From: Ichthyobacteriaceae bacterium
GTDB lineage: Bacteria > Bacteroidota > Bacteroidia > Flavobacteriales > JADGDT01
NCBI GenBank assembly: GCA_016744755.1
Contig: JADGDT010000002.1
Coordinates: forward strand, 12,302-76,301
Reading direction: 5' to 3'
DNA: 64,000 nt
The notes beneath the pieces were generated by a model. That model saw only the letters and a list, made by a program, of their open reading frames with translations, ran no database searches and was not told the origin of the DNA. Positions 30,016 through 40,652 of the stretch are shown here, one piece after another. The translations under genes were made by a program, and so were the position numbers. The stretch's first letter is position 1, and every line of letters begins with the position of its first letter.

Positions 30016-30120
30016 AATTATCAATGTGCAATTATCAATGTGCAATTATCAATGTGCAATTATCAGTTTTCAGTTATCAATGTGCAATTAACAGTTTTCA
30101 ATTATCAGTTATCAATTGAC
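30016..30120. repeat. Heptamer array, 15 units (AATTATC/AATGTGC with AGTTTTC, AGTTATC variants)
   Basis: Hand-parsed over 105 bp with no phase break. The last base is the first base of the fabG stop codon triplet (30120-30122). Confidence 0.95.
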
Positions 30121-30866
30121 TAAGTAAGCATTCCACCATCAACGTTAATTACTTGCCCAGTGATGTAAGTTGACATATCAGAAGCTAAGAATACTGTAAG
30201 ATTTGCAACATCTTCGGCAGTACCTCCTCTTTTTAAAGGAATAGCATTTCGCCATTCTTTAACCATTTTCTCATCAAGGGCATCGGTCATTTCAGTTTCT
30301 ATAAAGCCTGGAGCAATAGCGTTTGAGCGAATATTACGAGAGCCTAGTTCAAGTGCAATAGATTTTGTAAATCCAATGATACCAGCTTTTGAAGCAGAGT
30401 AGTTTGCCTGACCAGCATTTCCTTTAACTCCAACAACAGAACTCATGTTTATTATAGAGCCACTGCGTTGTTTAAGCATTGTACGCTGACAAGCTTTTGT
30501 AAGATTGAAAACAGATTTCAAATTGATTCTAATAACTTCATCCCACTGCTCTTCGCTCATACGCATTAAAAGATTATCGCGTGTAACTCCTGCATTATTA
30601 ACCAATATATCTATTCTTCCGAATTCTGCAACAACATCTTTTGCCAATTGATCGGCAGAAGCAAAGTCAGATGCATCAGAACGAAAACCTTTAATCTTTG
30701 TTCCGTATTGTTCTAATTCCTTCTCCAAAGCTTCTCCTTTTTCTACAGACGAAAGGTAAGTGAAAGCAATATCTGCTCCATTTTTTGCAAAAACTTCTGC
30801 TATCTCTCTACCAATACCTCTTGAAGCACCTGTTATAATTGCTGTTTTCCCTTTTAATAATTGCAT
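30120..30866 (-). CDS. fabG: 3-oxoacyl-[acyl-carrier-protein] reductase
   Basis: 'TGASRGIGREIA', 'NNAG', 'YSASKAG'; 248 aa. Confidence 0.9.
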   Translation of the reverse strand: MQLLKGKTAIITGASRGIGREIAEVFAKNGADIAFTYLSSVEKGEALEKELEQYGTKIKGFRSDASDFASADQLAKDVVAEFGRIDILVNNAGVTRDNLLMRMSEEQWDEVIRINLKSVFNLTKACQRTMLKQRSGSIINMSSVVGVKGNAGQANYSASKAGIIGFTKSIALELGSRNIRSNAIAPGFIETEMTDALDEKMVKEWRNAIPLKRGGTAEDVANLTVFLASDMSTYITGQVINVDGGMLT

Positions 30867-30970
30867 AATAATTTATTTAATACTTGTTTGTTTCTAATTC
30901 AAGTTTGTAAATATATTAAAAGTGAAAAAAGTTAGAAGTATTTATTTGTGTTTTTTGTAAAAGAGTAATT

Positions 30971-31066
30971 CAGTAATACAGTAATACGGTAATACAGTAA
31001 TACAGTAATACAGTGATGCAGTGATGCAGTGATGCAGTGATGCAGTGATGCAGTGATGCAGTGATA
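30971..31066. repeat. Octamer array, 12 units: 5 x CAGTAATA-type then 7 x CAGTGATG-type
   Basis: Hand-parsed units: cagtaata x2, cggtaata, cagtaata x2, cagtgatg x6, cagtgata. Confidence 0.95.
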
Positions 31067-31262
31067 CAGATCTACGAGTATCGCAGGCATTGTAATGTCT
31101 AATATCTTATAAAAAATTGAAATGTAGGTTTTGATTTAATCCGACTCTCGTAGGTCTGTGGCACTACGAGGTCTAACATTATTCAAATATTTTATCTGCG
31201 TTAATCTGCAAAATCTGCGGGCTATTAACTAAATTTGCCCTTCAACATTCAGAATACACAAC

Positions 31263-33377
31263 ATGGATAATCACATAATTTCACTTATGTCTAAATCTCT
31301 AAACATTAGAGATAAACAAGTAAAAAACACCATAGAACTTTTTGATGGAGGAGCTACCATCCCTTTTGTGGCACGATACCGAAAAGAAAGAACAAATAAT
31401 TTAGATGAAGTTGCACTAGCCGATATTCAGAAATTAAATCAGTATTACATAGATTTAGAAAAAAGGAAGAAATACATTATTGATAAAATTGATTCCGAAG
31501 AAAAACTAACTTCCGAATTGAAATCTAAAATTGAAAATACTTTTGATTCTACAGTTCTAGAAGATATTTACCTTCCTTTTAAATCTAAAAGAAAAACTAA
31601 AGCTGTTGTGGCTCGTGATAATGGACTTGAGCCTCTAGCTAAAATAATTATGTCGCAAAAAAGCTACGACTTAAATAGTAGTGCTATAAAATTTGTAATT
31701 AAAAATATAAATAATACTGATGAGGCTCTAGAAGGTGCAAGACATATAATTGCCGAGTGGATAAACGAAAATATTGGAGTTAGGGAATTACTTAGGAGTG
31801 ATTTTGAGAAATCAAGCAAGCTAAAATCAAAGGTAGTAAAAAGCAAAATTGAGGAGGCTGATAAATATTCTGATTATTTTGATTATGAGCAAACAATATC
31901 TAGAATTCCATCTCATAGATTTTTGGCAATTACTAGAGCTGTAAATCTTGGTTTACTGAAAATGTCTGTTGCTGTTGACGAAGAATATATCCTAAATAAA
32001 ATTTACAGAAAATTTATTAGAGGCAATAGCGAATCTGCAGAACAGATAGAATTAGCGATTAACGATGCTTACAAAAGATTGCTGAAACCATCGATAGAAA
32101 ACGAGCTTTTAAACAAAATTAAAGAGAAATCGGATGTTGACGCAATTAAGGTTTTTGAGAAAAATCTTTCTCAACTTCTACTTGCTTCACCTCTTGGACA
32201 GAAAAACATATTGGCAATTGATCCTGGTTTCAAATCGGGATGTAAGGTAGTTTGCATCAATAAAAATGGCGATTTACAGCACAACGAAAACATTTACCCT
32301 CACCCTCCACAAAAACAGCATAAGCTAGCATCGAGTAAGATTTTTAACCTTACAAAAGCATATAAAATAGAAGCTATTGCCATTGGTAACGGAACGGCTG
32401 GTAGAGAAACTGAGAGGTTTGTAAAAGGGCTAAAACTAAAACTTCCAATATTCTTGATTTCAGAAGATGGAGCATCTGTTTACTCGGCATCAAAAATAGC
32501 ACGTGAAGAATTTGGCAACTACGATGTTACCGTTAGGGGAGCCGTTTCTATAGGACGTAGATTGATGGATCCTTTGGCTGAGTTGGTAAAGATTGATGCT
32601 AAATCTATTGGAGTTGGACAATATCAGCACGAGGTAAATCAGACTAAATTACAGGAATCACTAGACAATGCAACTCTATCTGCAGTAAATAAAGTTGGCG
32701 TAAATTTGAACACAGCAGGAAAACATTTATTAGCTTACGTATCGGGCTTAGGTCCTGCACTAGCCCAAAATATTGTTGACTACCGTAGCGAAAATGGTTC
32801 TTTTGGTACTAGAAAAGAATTGCTAAAAGTAGCACGATTAGGAAATAAAGCATTTGAACAAAGTGCGGGTTTCTTGAGAATTAAAAATGCTAAAAATCCC
32901 CTCGACAACAGCGGTATTCATCCCGAGAGTTACGAATTGGTAAACAAAATTGCAAAATCAAAAAAAATAAAAATATCAGATTTAATTGGAAATACAGAAT
33001 TGATTAATTCTATAAATTTCTCTGAATATTCTACAAACGAGATTGGTGATTTGACTCTAACCGACATCAAAAATGAACTTTTAAAACCAGGTTTAGACCC
33101 TCGAAGCATTTTAGCAGAAATTAGTTTCGACGATAATATTAGAACAATAAACGACCTTAACGAAGGAATGGAACTTACAGGTAAGGTAGTAAATATTACC
33201 AATTTCGGAGCATTTGTTGATTTGGGAATTAAAGAATCGGGGTTGATACATCTATCAAATATGGCTGATAGGTACATTAACAATCCTAACGAAATTGTTA
33301 GTTTGCAACAAGCTGTAGATGTTAGAATTATTTCTTTGGAAGTTGATAAAAAGAGAATTGGCTTAAAATTAATTTGA
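31263..33377 (+). CDS. tex: Tex-like transcription accessory protein (S1 RNA-binding domain protein)
   Basis: N-terminal 'GATIPFVARYRKE', a YqgF-like 'ILAIDPGFKSGCK', HhH motifs, and a C-terminal S1 domain 'GKVVNITNFGAFVDLG'. Confidence 0.9.
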   Translation: MDNHIISLMSKSLNIRDKQVKNTIELFDGGATIPFVARYRKERTNNLDEVALADIQKLNQYYIDLEKRKKYIIDKIDSEEKLTSELKSKIENTFDSTVLEDIYLPFKSKRKTKAVVARDNGLEPLAKIIMSQKSYDLNSSAIKFVIKNINNTDEALEGARHIIAEWINENIGVRELLRSDFEKSSKLKSKVVKSKIEEADKYSDYFDYEQTISRIPSHRFLAITRAVNLGLLKMSVAVDEEYILNKIYRKFIRGNSESAEQIELAINDAYKRLLKPSIENELLNKIKEKSDVDAIKVFEKNLSQLLLASPLGQKNILAIDPGFKSGCKVVCINKNGDLQHNENIYPHPPQKQHKLASSKIFNLTKAYKIEAIAIGNGTAGRETERFVKGLKLKLPIFLISEDGASVYSASKIAREEFGNYDVTVRGAVSIGRRLMDPLAELVKIDAKSIGVGQYQHEVNQTKLQESLDNATLSAVNKVGVNLNTAGKHLLAYVSGLGPALAQNIVDYRSENGSFGTRKELLKVARLGNKAFEQSAGFLRIKNAKNPLDNSGIHPESYELVNKIAKSKKIKISDLIGNTELINSINFSEYSTNEIGDLTLTDIKNELLKPGLDPRSILAEISFDDNIRTINDLNEGMELTGKVVNITNFGAFVDLGIKESGLIHLSNMADRYINNPNEIVSLQQAVDVRIISLEVDKKRIGLKLI

Positions 33378-33426
33378 TGATTTTAATATATGTTAGCATT
33401 AAAACGTGAATATTTATAAAAATAAA

Positions 33427-33472
33427 AGTCCGAAGCAATAAGTAAACCTTAATTACTTCGGACTTTTTTTTT
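33427..33472 (+). terminator. Rho-independent terminator of tex
   Basis: agtccgaag ... cttcggact followed by a T9 run. Confidence 0.8.
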
Positions 33473-33521
33473 GCAATCAGCTTTTATCTTCAGTCTTAGA
33501 ATTTTTACCTTTAAACTTAAT

Positions 33522-34595
33522 CTATAACTCCCAGCCAAGACCTGTATTCATAACATAATCATATTCCGATCCTTCTACTGCTGGTTGGTTATCATAATTA
33601 ACTGTTGTTCCAGCTTTTATGTACAAATCATATGGCAAATCATATTTTGCTTCAAACTTAAAATCTGTACGAATACGACCATCTTCTGTAAAACTCGGAA
33701 AAACAACAATATTTGTCATCAAATTCAAATCTCCAATATCAAATAAGTTTAACTCTGATCCTATATATCCCTCTCCACTTGTTCGTGGGTTGGGATCAAC
33801 AGGATCAACATCGGTAGCAAAATACTTTTCATTAGTATACGCTGCTCCACCTTCAATCTTCAAATACAAATGGTTTGTTCTTAAGATAAAAAAACCAAGA
33901 CCGACTTTATAAGTAGATCTTAAATCTAACTGCATTTCATCATTTTCTAAGAATGTAGCAGATGTAGCCAAATATAAGTTCTTTGGAAGATACCAGTTAA
34001 AACCAGCATTAGCATCAAGCCTGTGAACTCTAGCCACACTATCCTGCTCACTATTTACAATATTTAATCCAGCATCTGCACCCCATTTATCGGCTAAATA
34101 CCCCAGAGTACTACCTATGTTCAATTGCGAAAGGTTATTAGCTTTTGCTATATTAAAACCAACATCAATAGTAGCATTTAATCTACTTAAAAATGATTCG
34201 TTAAAAGACTTCAAGTATACTATCTGGCTATACTTAACAGTCTTATCTCCTCTATAAGTATGCAAAATTATCATATCAGGATTAGTAGGGTGCGACTCTA
34301 AAGTTGCATTAATTCTATCTCCAATACTATCACTTTCTGCCATGAAACTTTTCATGCCTTCAATACTTTCCTTGCTAAGAGATACTATATATTTCGAACC
34401 TGTTTTTATATAGCTAAGTTTATCCCATTCTACCTTAAAATCAGAATCACTATAGTCCGTTTCAATGGTAAGAACTCCTCTATCCATTGACTTAATCTCT
34501 CCATTTAACTCATTCCCATTTTTTAATTTTATCACATCCTGTGCGTTAACAGAAATTCCTGTAATAATAAGTAGTAATAGTGATATCCTTTTCAT
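33522..34595 (-). CDS. DUF481-like outer-membrane beta-barrel protein
   Basis: Signal peptide, an N-terminal 'IKLKNGNELNGEIKSMDRGVLTIET' module, and an alternating beta-strand pattern ending in an aromatic-rich C-terminus. Confidence 0.55.
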   Translation of the reverse strand: MKRISLLLLIITGISVNAQDVIKLKNGNELNGEIKSMDRGVLTIETDYSDSDFKVEWDKLSYIKTGSKYIVSLSKESIEGMKSFMAESDSIGDRINATLESHPTNPDMIILHTYRGDKTVKYSQIVYLKSFNESFLSRLNATIDVGFNIAKANNLSQLNIGSTLGYLADKWGADAGLNIVNSEQDSVARVHRLDANAGFNWYLPKNLYLATSATFLENDEMQLDLRSTYKVGLGFFILRTNHLYLKIEGGAAYTNEKYFATDVDPVDPNPRTSGEGYIGSELNLFDIGDLNLMTNIVVFPSFTEDGRIRTDFKFEAKYDLPYDLYIKAGTTVNYDNQPAVEGSEYDYVMNTGLGWEL

Positions 34596-35068
34596 AGTTC
34601 TAAAATTATATTTGGTGAAATATATTAATTAAAAGTACAAACAAATCTATAATATTAATAATTAAATTAATATTTATGCGCCTTGTCTGTCTATACACTT
34701 ATAATTTTACATGTATAAACTGTTCGCAATTACTTACTGGTGGTCTCTATCAAAAACTAGAGCCACCATTAAGCTTTGCTCACTAGTTTCTACAAACAAA
34801 AGCTATCGTTGCTATACAGGGCGAAATAAATCTAAAACTATAAATTCAGAAGTAATTCAAACAACTTACACCCTAATTATGTCATCAAATATCAGTAGTA
34901 CAAATAACTATACCAAATTACGTCAGTAAAAAACATGTTATATAAATTTTCCTTATCAAAAGATAATCAAAGAGTATAAAGTTTTGTAAATTCGTAACTC
35001 GATAAAAGGCATATTTGCAGTGTTAAAAAGAACAAAATATTAAATTATATAAATAAAAATAAATTATC

Positions 35069-35701
35069 ATGGGTGTATTAGTTGGAAGAAAAGCTCCACA
35101 ATTCAAAGCAGCAGCAGTTCTTAATGGAACTGAAATAGTTGAAGATTTTTCATTAGATCAGTATTTAGGCAAAAAACATGTTGTATTATTCTTTTACCCA
35201 AAAGATTTTACCTTTGTTTGTCCATCTGAACTACATGCTTTCCAAGAAGCAACAGCAGAGTTTGAAAGCAGAAATGTTGCTGTTGTTGCAGTTTCTACCG
35301 ATACAGAACAATCTCACTGGGGATGGTTACAAATGGAGAAAAATGATGGTGGTATAAAAGGAGTAAAATATCCTGTTGTAGCTGATACAAACAAGACCAT
35401 CTCTAAAAACTATGATGTACTTACTGGTGATTATTTCTACAACGACAACGATGAGTTGGAGGCTACTGGAGAATTAATAGCTTACCGTGGATTATTCTTA
35501 ATAGATAAAGAAGGTACAGTACGTCACCAATTAGTTAACGATTTACCACTAGGAAGAAACGTTGACGAAGCTTTACGTATGGTTGATGCTTTACAATTCT
35601 TCGAAGAAAATGGAGAAGTTTGTCCTGCTAACTGGAGTAAAGGTAAAGAAGGTATGGTTGCAACTCACGAAGGTGTTGCTAAGTTTTTAGCTTCTCACTA
35701 A
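35069..35701 (+). CDS. ahpC: Typical 2-Cys peroxiredoxin (AhpC/Tsa family)
   Basis: Peroxidatic 'FTFVCPSE' and resolving 'EVCPANW' motifs. Confidence 0.9.
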   Translation: MGVLVGRKAPQFKAAAVLNGTEIVEDFSLDQYLGKKHVVLFFYPKDFTFVCPSELHAFQEATAEFESRNVAVVAVSTDTEQSHWGWLQMEKNDGGIKGVKYPVVADTNKTISKNYDVLTGDYFYNDNDELEATGELIAYRGLFLIDKEGTVRHQLVNDLPLGRNVDEALRMVDALQFFEENGEVCPANWSKGKEGMVATHEGVAKFLASH

Positions 35702-35768
35702 ACCTGGCTAATAGCTAACAAAATTAAAAAATAACGGTGCGTATTGCATCACAACAAAAAATAATAAA

Positions 35769-36263
35769 ATGGCAAAAATAACATTAAAAGGAGGAGAATT
35801 TAACACATGTGGTACTCTTCCAACAGTAGGATCAAAAGGAGCTGACTTTAACTTGGTAGCTGCAGATTTATCAGAAAAAACTTTAGGTGATTACAAAGGA
35901 AAGAAGGTAGTAATGAACATTTTTCCTAGTTTAGATACTGGCACTTGTGCTGCATCTGTACGTCACTTCAACAAAGCTGCAGGAGATTTAGAAAACACTG
36001 TTGTACTTTGTATTTCTAAAGATTTACCTTTTGCTCAAGCACGTTTTTGTGGAGCTGAAGGATTAGAAAGTGTAATTACCCTTTCTGACTTCCGTTCAAA
36101 CTTTGGAGAGACTTACGGTTTACAAATCGTTGATGGTCCTCTAGCAGGTCTTGAGTCTAGAGCTATCGTTATTCTTGACGAAACAGGAAATGTAACTTAC
36201 ACTCAACAAGTTCCTGAGATTGTTGACGAACCAAACTACGATGAGGCACTTGCTGCACTGTAA
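35769..36263 (+). CDS. tpx: Thiol peroxidase
   Basis: '[10 protein letters not shown]' and a second Cys in 'FCGAEG'; 164 aa. Confidence 0.9.
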   Translation: MAKITLKGGEFNTCGTLPTVGSKGADFNLVAADLSEKTLGDYKGKKVVMNIFPSLDTGTCAASVRHFNKAAGDLENTVVLCISKDLPFAQARFCGAEGLESVITLSDFRSNFGETYGLQIVDGPLAGLESRAIVILDETGNVTYTQQVPEIVDEPNYDEALAAL

Positions 36264-36288
36264 TTTTTAGTTTAGTATAAAAAACACA

Positions 36289-36321
36289 AAAGCTCTACGA
36301 TAACTCGTAGAGCTTTTTTTG
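36289..36321. terminator. Bidirectional rho-independent terminator (tpx / fadD-like convergent pair)
   Basis: Perfect hairpin agctctacga-taac-tcgtagagct, with an A-rich run before it and a T7 run after it. Confidence 0.85.
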
Positions 36322-36383
36322 TTCTTTATTCAATAAAATAGTAATTAGTAAAACTGTAATCAGTAATGTTGTTATAAAGTATT

Positions 36384-36463
36384 CTGTTAAACAAATAACC
36401 GAATAAACAGTTAAACAACTCAACAGTTAAACAATTAAACAACTCAACGATTAAACAGTTAAA
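36384..36463. repeat. Octamer array, 10 units (CAGTTAAA / CAACTCAA / CAATTAAA ...)
   Basis: Units: ctgttaaa caaataac cgaataaa cagttaaa caactcaa cagttaaa caattaaa caactcaa cgattaaa cagttaaa. The array ends one base before the stop codon at 36464-36466. Confidence 0.9.
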
Positions 36464-38275
36464 CTACACTTTATCGTAAATTTTATCAAACAAATCTTTG
36501 TACATCTGTTTAATTACTTTACGTTTTAGTTTCATTGTTGGAGTAAGTTGTCCATCGGTAATAGACCAAACATCTGGTACTATTTCAAATTTCTTAATCA
36601 TTTCCCACTTACCGAAATTTTTGTTCTGCTCATCTATTTCTTGTTGAATTCTACTAATAACTTGAGGGTTTTCAATTACCATTTCATCATTTGTACATTC
36701 TATTTTCTTACGTTTACACCATTCTCTAACAAAAACAAAATCAAGTTGAATTAATGCTGCTGGCATTCTTTTTCCTTCACCAATAACCATTATTTGCTCT
36801 ATAAACCTCGATTCTTTAAATGCATTTTCTAAAACTGCAGGCGCAATGTATTTTCCGCCCGATGTTTTAAACATTTCTTTTTTCCTATCAGTAATTTTAA
36901 GGAAACCATCGTCGTCAATTTCTCCAATATCTCCAGTATGGAAGTAGCCTTCAGCATTCATTACTTCTTTAGTTTTTTCTTCATCTTTATAATACCCCAA
37001 CATAACATTAGGTCCTTTTATAAGAATCTCTCCATCTTCGGCTATTTTAACATCTACACCATCAATAGCTCTACCAACAGTTCCTACTTTCCATCCTTTA
37101 TTCTCCCATTGATTAACATTAGTTACAGGCGAAGTTTCACTCAAGCCATATCCTTCTGCAACCAACATTCCAGCTGCTGTAAATACTTTTTGTAATCTGT
37201 GCTGAAGAGGTGCGCTACCTGTAATAATTAATCCTAATTCACCTCCTAAAGCTTCTTTCCATTTAGAAAAAATAAGTTTCCTAGCTATTGCTAATTTAAA
37301 ATCATATAATACTCCTTTTACTCCATAAGGCTCATATTCCATACCTAAATCTACTGCCCAAAAGAACAAACTTTTCTTTATTCCTGTTAAATCAGCACCT
37401 TTAGAATAAATTTTATCAAATACCTTTTCTAGCAATCTAGGTACTGCTACCATCATTTGAGGTTTAACCTCCATAAGATTTTTAGATATTAAATCTATTG
37501 ATTCTGCAAAATAAATAGACACTCCAATATACTGATACATATAAAGTATCATTCGTTCAAAAACATGGCACACAGGCAGAAAACTCAGAGCTTTTTGTCC
37601 GTGTACAGATGCAGGTAAAAATTTACTGGAAGAGATTGCATTAGACAATAAGTTGTTATGACTTAGCATTACACCCTTTGGACGTCCTGTAGTTCCAGAT
37701 GTATAGATAATTGTAACTAAATCATTTGTACCTATATTAGACTTAATATTTTCAACCTCTTGCTGATTACTCTCATCAGAACCGAGCCTTAATAGCGATT
37801 TCCAATTTACAGCCTCAGGTATAAGATTGAAAGAAAACACTTCTTTAAGAGTAGGCACATCTTCTCGTATTGCCTTAACTTTTAAGTAAATTTCCTCACA
37901 AGAAACAAAGCAATATTTAATCTCTGAATGATTAAAAATATACCTGTAATCATCTTGGCTAATGGTTGGATAAACAGGAACTCCTATTGCCCCTACTTGC
38001 ATTATTCCAATATCCATCATATTCCACTCATGACGGTTATTGGAAATCAAAGCAATTTTATCTCCAGGCTTTACACCTAGCCTGAGCAAGCCTCGACTTA
38101 CTATATTTATATGGTCAACATATTGTTGAGTAGAGAAGGTATCCCAAGTACCATGCATATAACTTTTAGATGCTAAGGCTACTTCTTGAGGGTTATTCTC
38201 TAACTGGTAATAAGGAAGGTCAAAAAGACGTGTTAATGAAACTGACATAGATTTTTGATTATTAGTTTGTTCCAA
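36464..38275 (-). CDS. Long-chain fatty acid-CoA ligase (AMP-dependent synthetase)
   Basis: AMP-binding motif 'IIYTSGTTGRPKGVML', plus 'GYGLSET' and 'TGDIGEIDDDGFLKITDRKK'. Confidence 0.85.
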   Translation of the reverse strand: MEQTNNQKSMSVSLTRLFDLPYYQLENNPQEVALASKSYMHGTWDTFSTQQYVDHINIVSRGLLRLGVKPGDKIALISNNRHEWNMMDIGIMQVGAIGVPVYPTISQDDYRYIFNHSEIKYCFVSCEEIYLKVKAIREDVPTLKEVFSFNLIPEAVNWKSLLRLGSDESNQQEVENIKSNIGTNDLVTIIYTSGTTGRPKGVMLSHNNLLSNAISSSKFLPASVHGQKALSFLPVCHVFERMILYMYQYIGVSIYFAESIDLISKNLMEVKPQMMVAVPRLLEKVFDKIYSKGADLTGIKKSLFFWAVDLGMEYEPYGVKGVLYDFKLAIARKLIFSKWKEALGGELGLIITGSAPLQHRLQKVFTAAGMLVAEGYGLSETSPVTNVNQWENKGWKVGTVGRAIDGVDVKIAEDGEILIKGPNVMLGYYKDEEKTKEVMNAEGYFHTGDIGEIDDDGFLKITDRKKEMFKTSGGKYIAPAVLENAFKESRFIEQIMVIGEGKRMPAALIQLDFVFVREWCKRKKIECTNDEMVIENPQVISRIQQEIDEQNKNFGKWEMIKKFEIVPDVWSITDGQLTPTMKLKRKVIKQMYKDLFDKIYDKV

Positions 38276-38779
38276 TTTAAAAATAAAAATTCAATTATCA
38301 TATTCATAAACATTTATATATTTAGATATGTAATTCACAGCATAAACTATCACAATCAACTACAATCAGCAAGTATTTAATACATTTTATCACATAATAG
38401 CAGTTATTAAATTACGATATTTTAGATTTTACAGTGTTAAAATTACTATGCATGAATAGTGATTTATATCAGTTTTACATAATTTCATATTATTTCATGG
38501 AATATATGCCAACATTATCTTATAAAGTGTACACCTAAAATATTTTATTTATACTCATTAATAAAAAAATTAATCATTCTTAAAAAATGAATGAAAACTA
38601 AAAGACACACTTAACAAAAATGTATATTAGCATATTATTTAATCTGTCTTTAATTTTATATTTTGGTCAGATATTGTCTATCTAACGATAGGCAGGTTTG
38701 CATGAGATTCTAATCATTCCTTTGTTTAAGAATAGATTGACTTATGTTAGTTTCATTACATATTATTATTAAAAAGTAC

Positions 38780-39343
38780 ATGGCAGATTTACAGAAAACA
38801 TCACGTCAATTTCAGGCAATACTAGATAAATGCTCAAACTTATTCGAAAAGAAATTAAAAGACTACGGTCCTGCTTGGCGAATCTTAAGATTGCCATCTT
38901 TAACCGACCAAATTTTTATTAAAGCAAACCGTACTCGTAGCATACAAAACAATGCAATTCAGAAAATTGACGAATCGGAAGAAGGAGAATTTATTGCAAT
39001 TGTTAATTACTCAGCCATAGCCCTAATTCAAATAAATGAAGGTGTTGCAGACCAGATAGATATGGATGTAAAAAAAGCATTCGAACTTTACAAAGAAGGA
39101 CTTCAGACTGGAAAAAGACTAATGGAAGATAAAAACCACGATTATGGTGAAGCTTGGCGCGATATGCGTGTAAGTTCACTTACTGATCTTATTCTTCAAA
39201 AAATATTACGTGTAAAACAAATTGAAGACAATATGGGAATAACGCAAGTATCGGAAGGAATTGATGCTAACTATCTCGACATGCTAAACTATGCAGTTTT
39301 CGCTTTAATACACATGGAAGAAGATAGAAACTCTGATTTTTAA
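38780..39343 (+). CDS. DUF1599 domain protein (two tandem repeats)
   Basis: 'DYGPAWRILRLPSLTDQIFIKANR' and a second copy 'DYGEAWRDMRVSSLTDLILQKILR'. The ATG at 38780 is preferred over the upstream ATG at 38744. Confidence 0.7.
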   Translation: MADLQKTSRQFQAILDKCSNLFEKKLKDYGPAWRILRLPSLTDQIFIKANRTRSIQNNAIQKIDESEEGEFIAIVNYSAIALIQINEGVADQIDMDVKKAFELYKEGLQTGKRLMEDKNHDYGEAWRDMRVSSLTDLILQKILRVKQIEDNMGITQVSEGIDANYLDMLNYAVFALIHMEEDRNSDF

Positions 39344-39456
39344 AAATTATGGGGGTGCCTAGAGTTAAAAAGTACTTAAAAGTTAATCCGACTCTTACTA
39401 AAAGCACCCATTAACTTTATAACTCTAAGTACTCTTAACTATTTAACTAAAAAGAT

Positions 39457-40497
39457 ATGACTAAGGCACTACAATATACACTTGGTACCATCCTTATAAT
39501 TTCGGGAATGATTAAGCTTAACGATCCTTTGGGATTTGCTTATAAGCTAGAAGAATACTATTCTGCTGATGTTTTGGATATTCCGTTTATGATAAGATTT
39601 GCTTTTGCAAATGGCTTCATAGTTTCTTTAGCCGAAGTAGTTTTAGGTATGGCAATTATTGTTGGTTGGAAAATTAGAGAAACTTTAATATTATCTATAT
39701 TAATGTTTGTTTTCTTCGGATTTCTTACTTTCTATTCGGCATATTTCAATAAGGTAAATGACTGTGGTTGTTTTGGTGATGCCATACATTTTACTCCTTG
39801 GCAATCTTTTACAAAAGATATGTTTCTGATGTTGTTAACTGTAATTTTATGGTTGAAACGAGAAGAAATAAAACCAAAGCGTTTTGCTATCATATTTGTT
39901 TCTACAATAATAATTGTTGGAAGTTCAGTAGCATTATATGCTGTAACTAATTTGCCAATTATTGATTTTCGTCCTTACAATGTTGGTACAGATATTACCG
40001 AAGCGATGAGTATTCCAGAAGGAGCAAAACAAGATATCTACACCGATAAATGGTTTTACAAAGTTAATGACGAAATAAAAGAATACACTACAGAAGAAAA
40101 GCCTTGGGATATAAAAGGTGCTGAATTTGTAAATAGAGAAACTGAATTAGTAAGTAGAGGTTACATTCCTCCTATTCACGATTTTGAATTAATTAAAAAC
40201 AATGAAAATTACACCCAAGAAATTTTAGCAAGAGAACATGTACTTTGCATAGTTTCATTAGACCTTAATTTAGATGATGACGAAATTTCTAAAATAAAAA
40301 GAATAATATCTAAACAAAAAGATGTAATAATTATTTCTCCTTCACCTAGTAAAATTGTTTCTGAATTTAGAAAAAAAATAGGTATTGAAGTAGATGTTTA
40401 CAGTATTGATGACACTACTTGCAAAACAATAATTAGAACTAACCCTGGATTTGTTAGATTGAAAAAAGGAGTTATTGTTGAGAAGTTTGCACTGTAA
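39457..40497 (+). CDS. DoxX/MauE-like membrane domain fused to a thioredoxin-fold-like domain (BT_3928-like)
   Basis: Four N-terminal TM segments with a 'NDCGCFGD' motif, followed by a soluble C-terminal half. Confidence 0.5.
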   Translation: MTKALQYTLGTILIISGMIKLNDPLGFAYKLEEYYSADVLDIPFMIRFAFANGFIVSLAEVVLGMAIIVGWKIRETLILSILMFVFFGFLTFYSAYFNKVNDCGCFGDAIHFTPWQSFTKDMFLMLLTVILWLKREEIKPKRFAIIFVSTIIIVGSSVALYAVTNLPIIDFRPYNVGTDITEAMSIPEGAKQDIYTDKWFYKVNDEIKEYTTEEKPWDIKGAEFVNRETELVSRGYIPPIHDFELIKNNENYTQEILAREHVLCIVSLDLNLDDDEISKIKRIISKQKDVIIISPSPSKIVSEFRKKIGIEVDVYSIDDTTCKTIIRTNPGFVRLKKGVIVEKFAL

Positions 40498-40506
40498 GAA
40501 ACTACC

Positions 40507-40602
40507 CTTAACTGCTTAATGGTAAAATAAACATTAAGGAATTAAGTTTCATTAAGTCTCAAATATAACTTGTTTTTTCTTAATGGCTTAATGGTAAAAT
40601 AA
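40507..40602. repeat. Degenerate octamer-phased array (CTTAATGG / TAAAATAA words)
   Basis: 'cttaatgg taaaataa' occurs at 40515 and again at 40587, a distance that is a multiple of 8. The intervening sequence parses into 8-mers such as acattaag and gaattaag. Confidence 0.5.
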
Positions 40603-40604
40603 AA

Positions 40605-40634
40605 GACCCCAAGCTTAAAAGAAACTCGGGGTTT
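40605..40634 (-). terminator. Terminator hairpin downstream of dsbD
   Basis: accccaag / ctcggggt stem. The minus-strand transcript continues with a T-rich tract. Confidence 0.5.
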
Positions 40635-40652
40635 AACATTCTAATTTAAAAA

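Noticed and set aside
27695-31066. Considered whether the regular short repeats could be CRISPR arrays.
   Set aside because: The units are contiguous 7- or 8-mers with no unique spacers, far shorter than CRISPR repeats. No cas genes are present in the window.
34711-34929. 72-aa ORF in the spacer upstream of ahpC.
   Set aside because: It has a skewed composition with no signal peptide or recognisable motif, and it sits in a promoter-type AT-rich spacer. It is probably non-coding.
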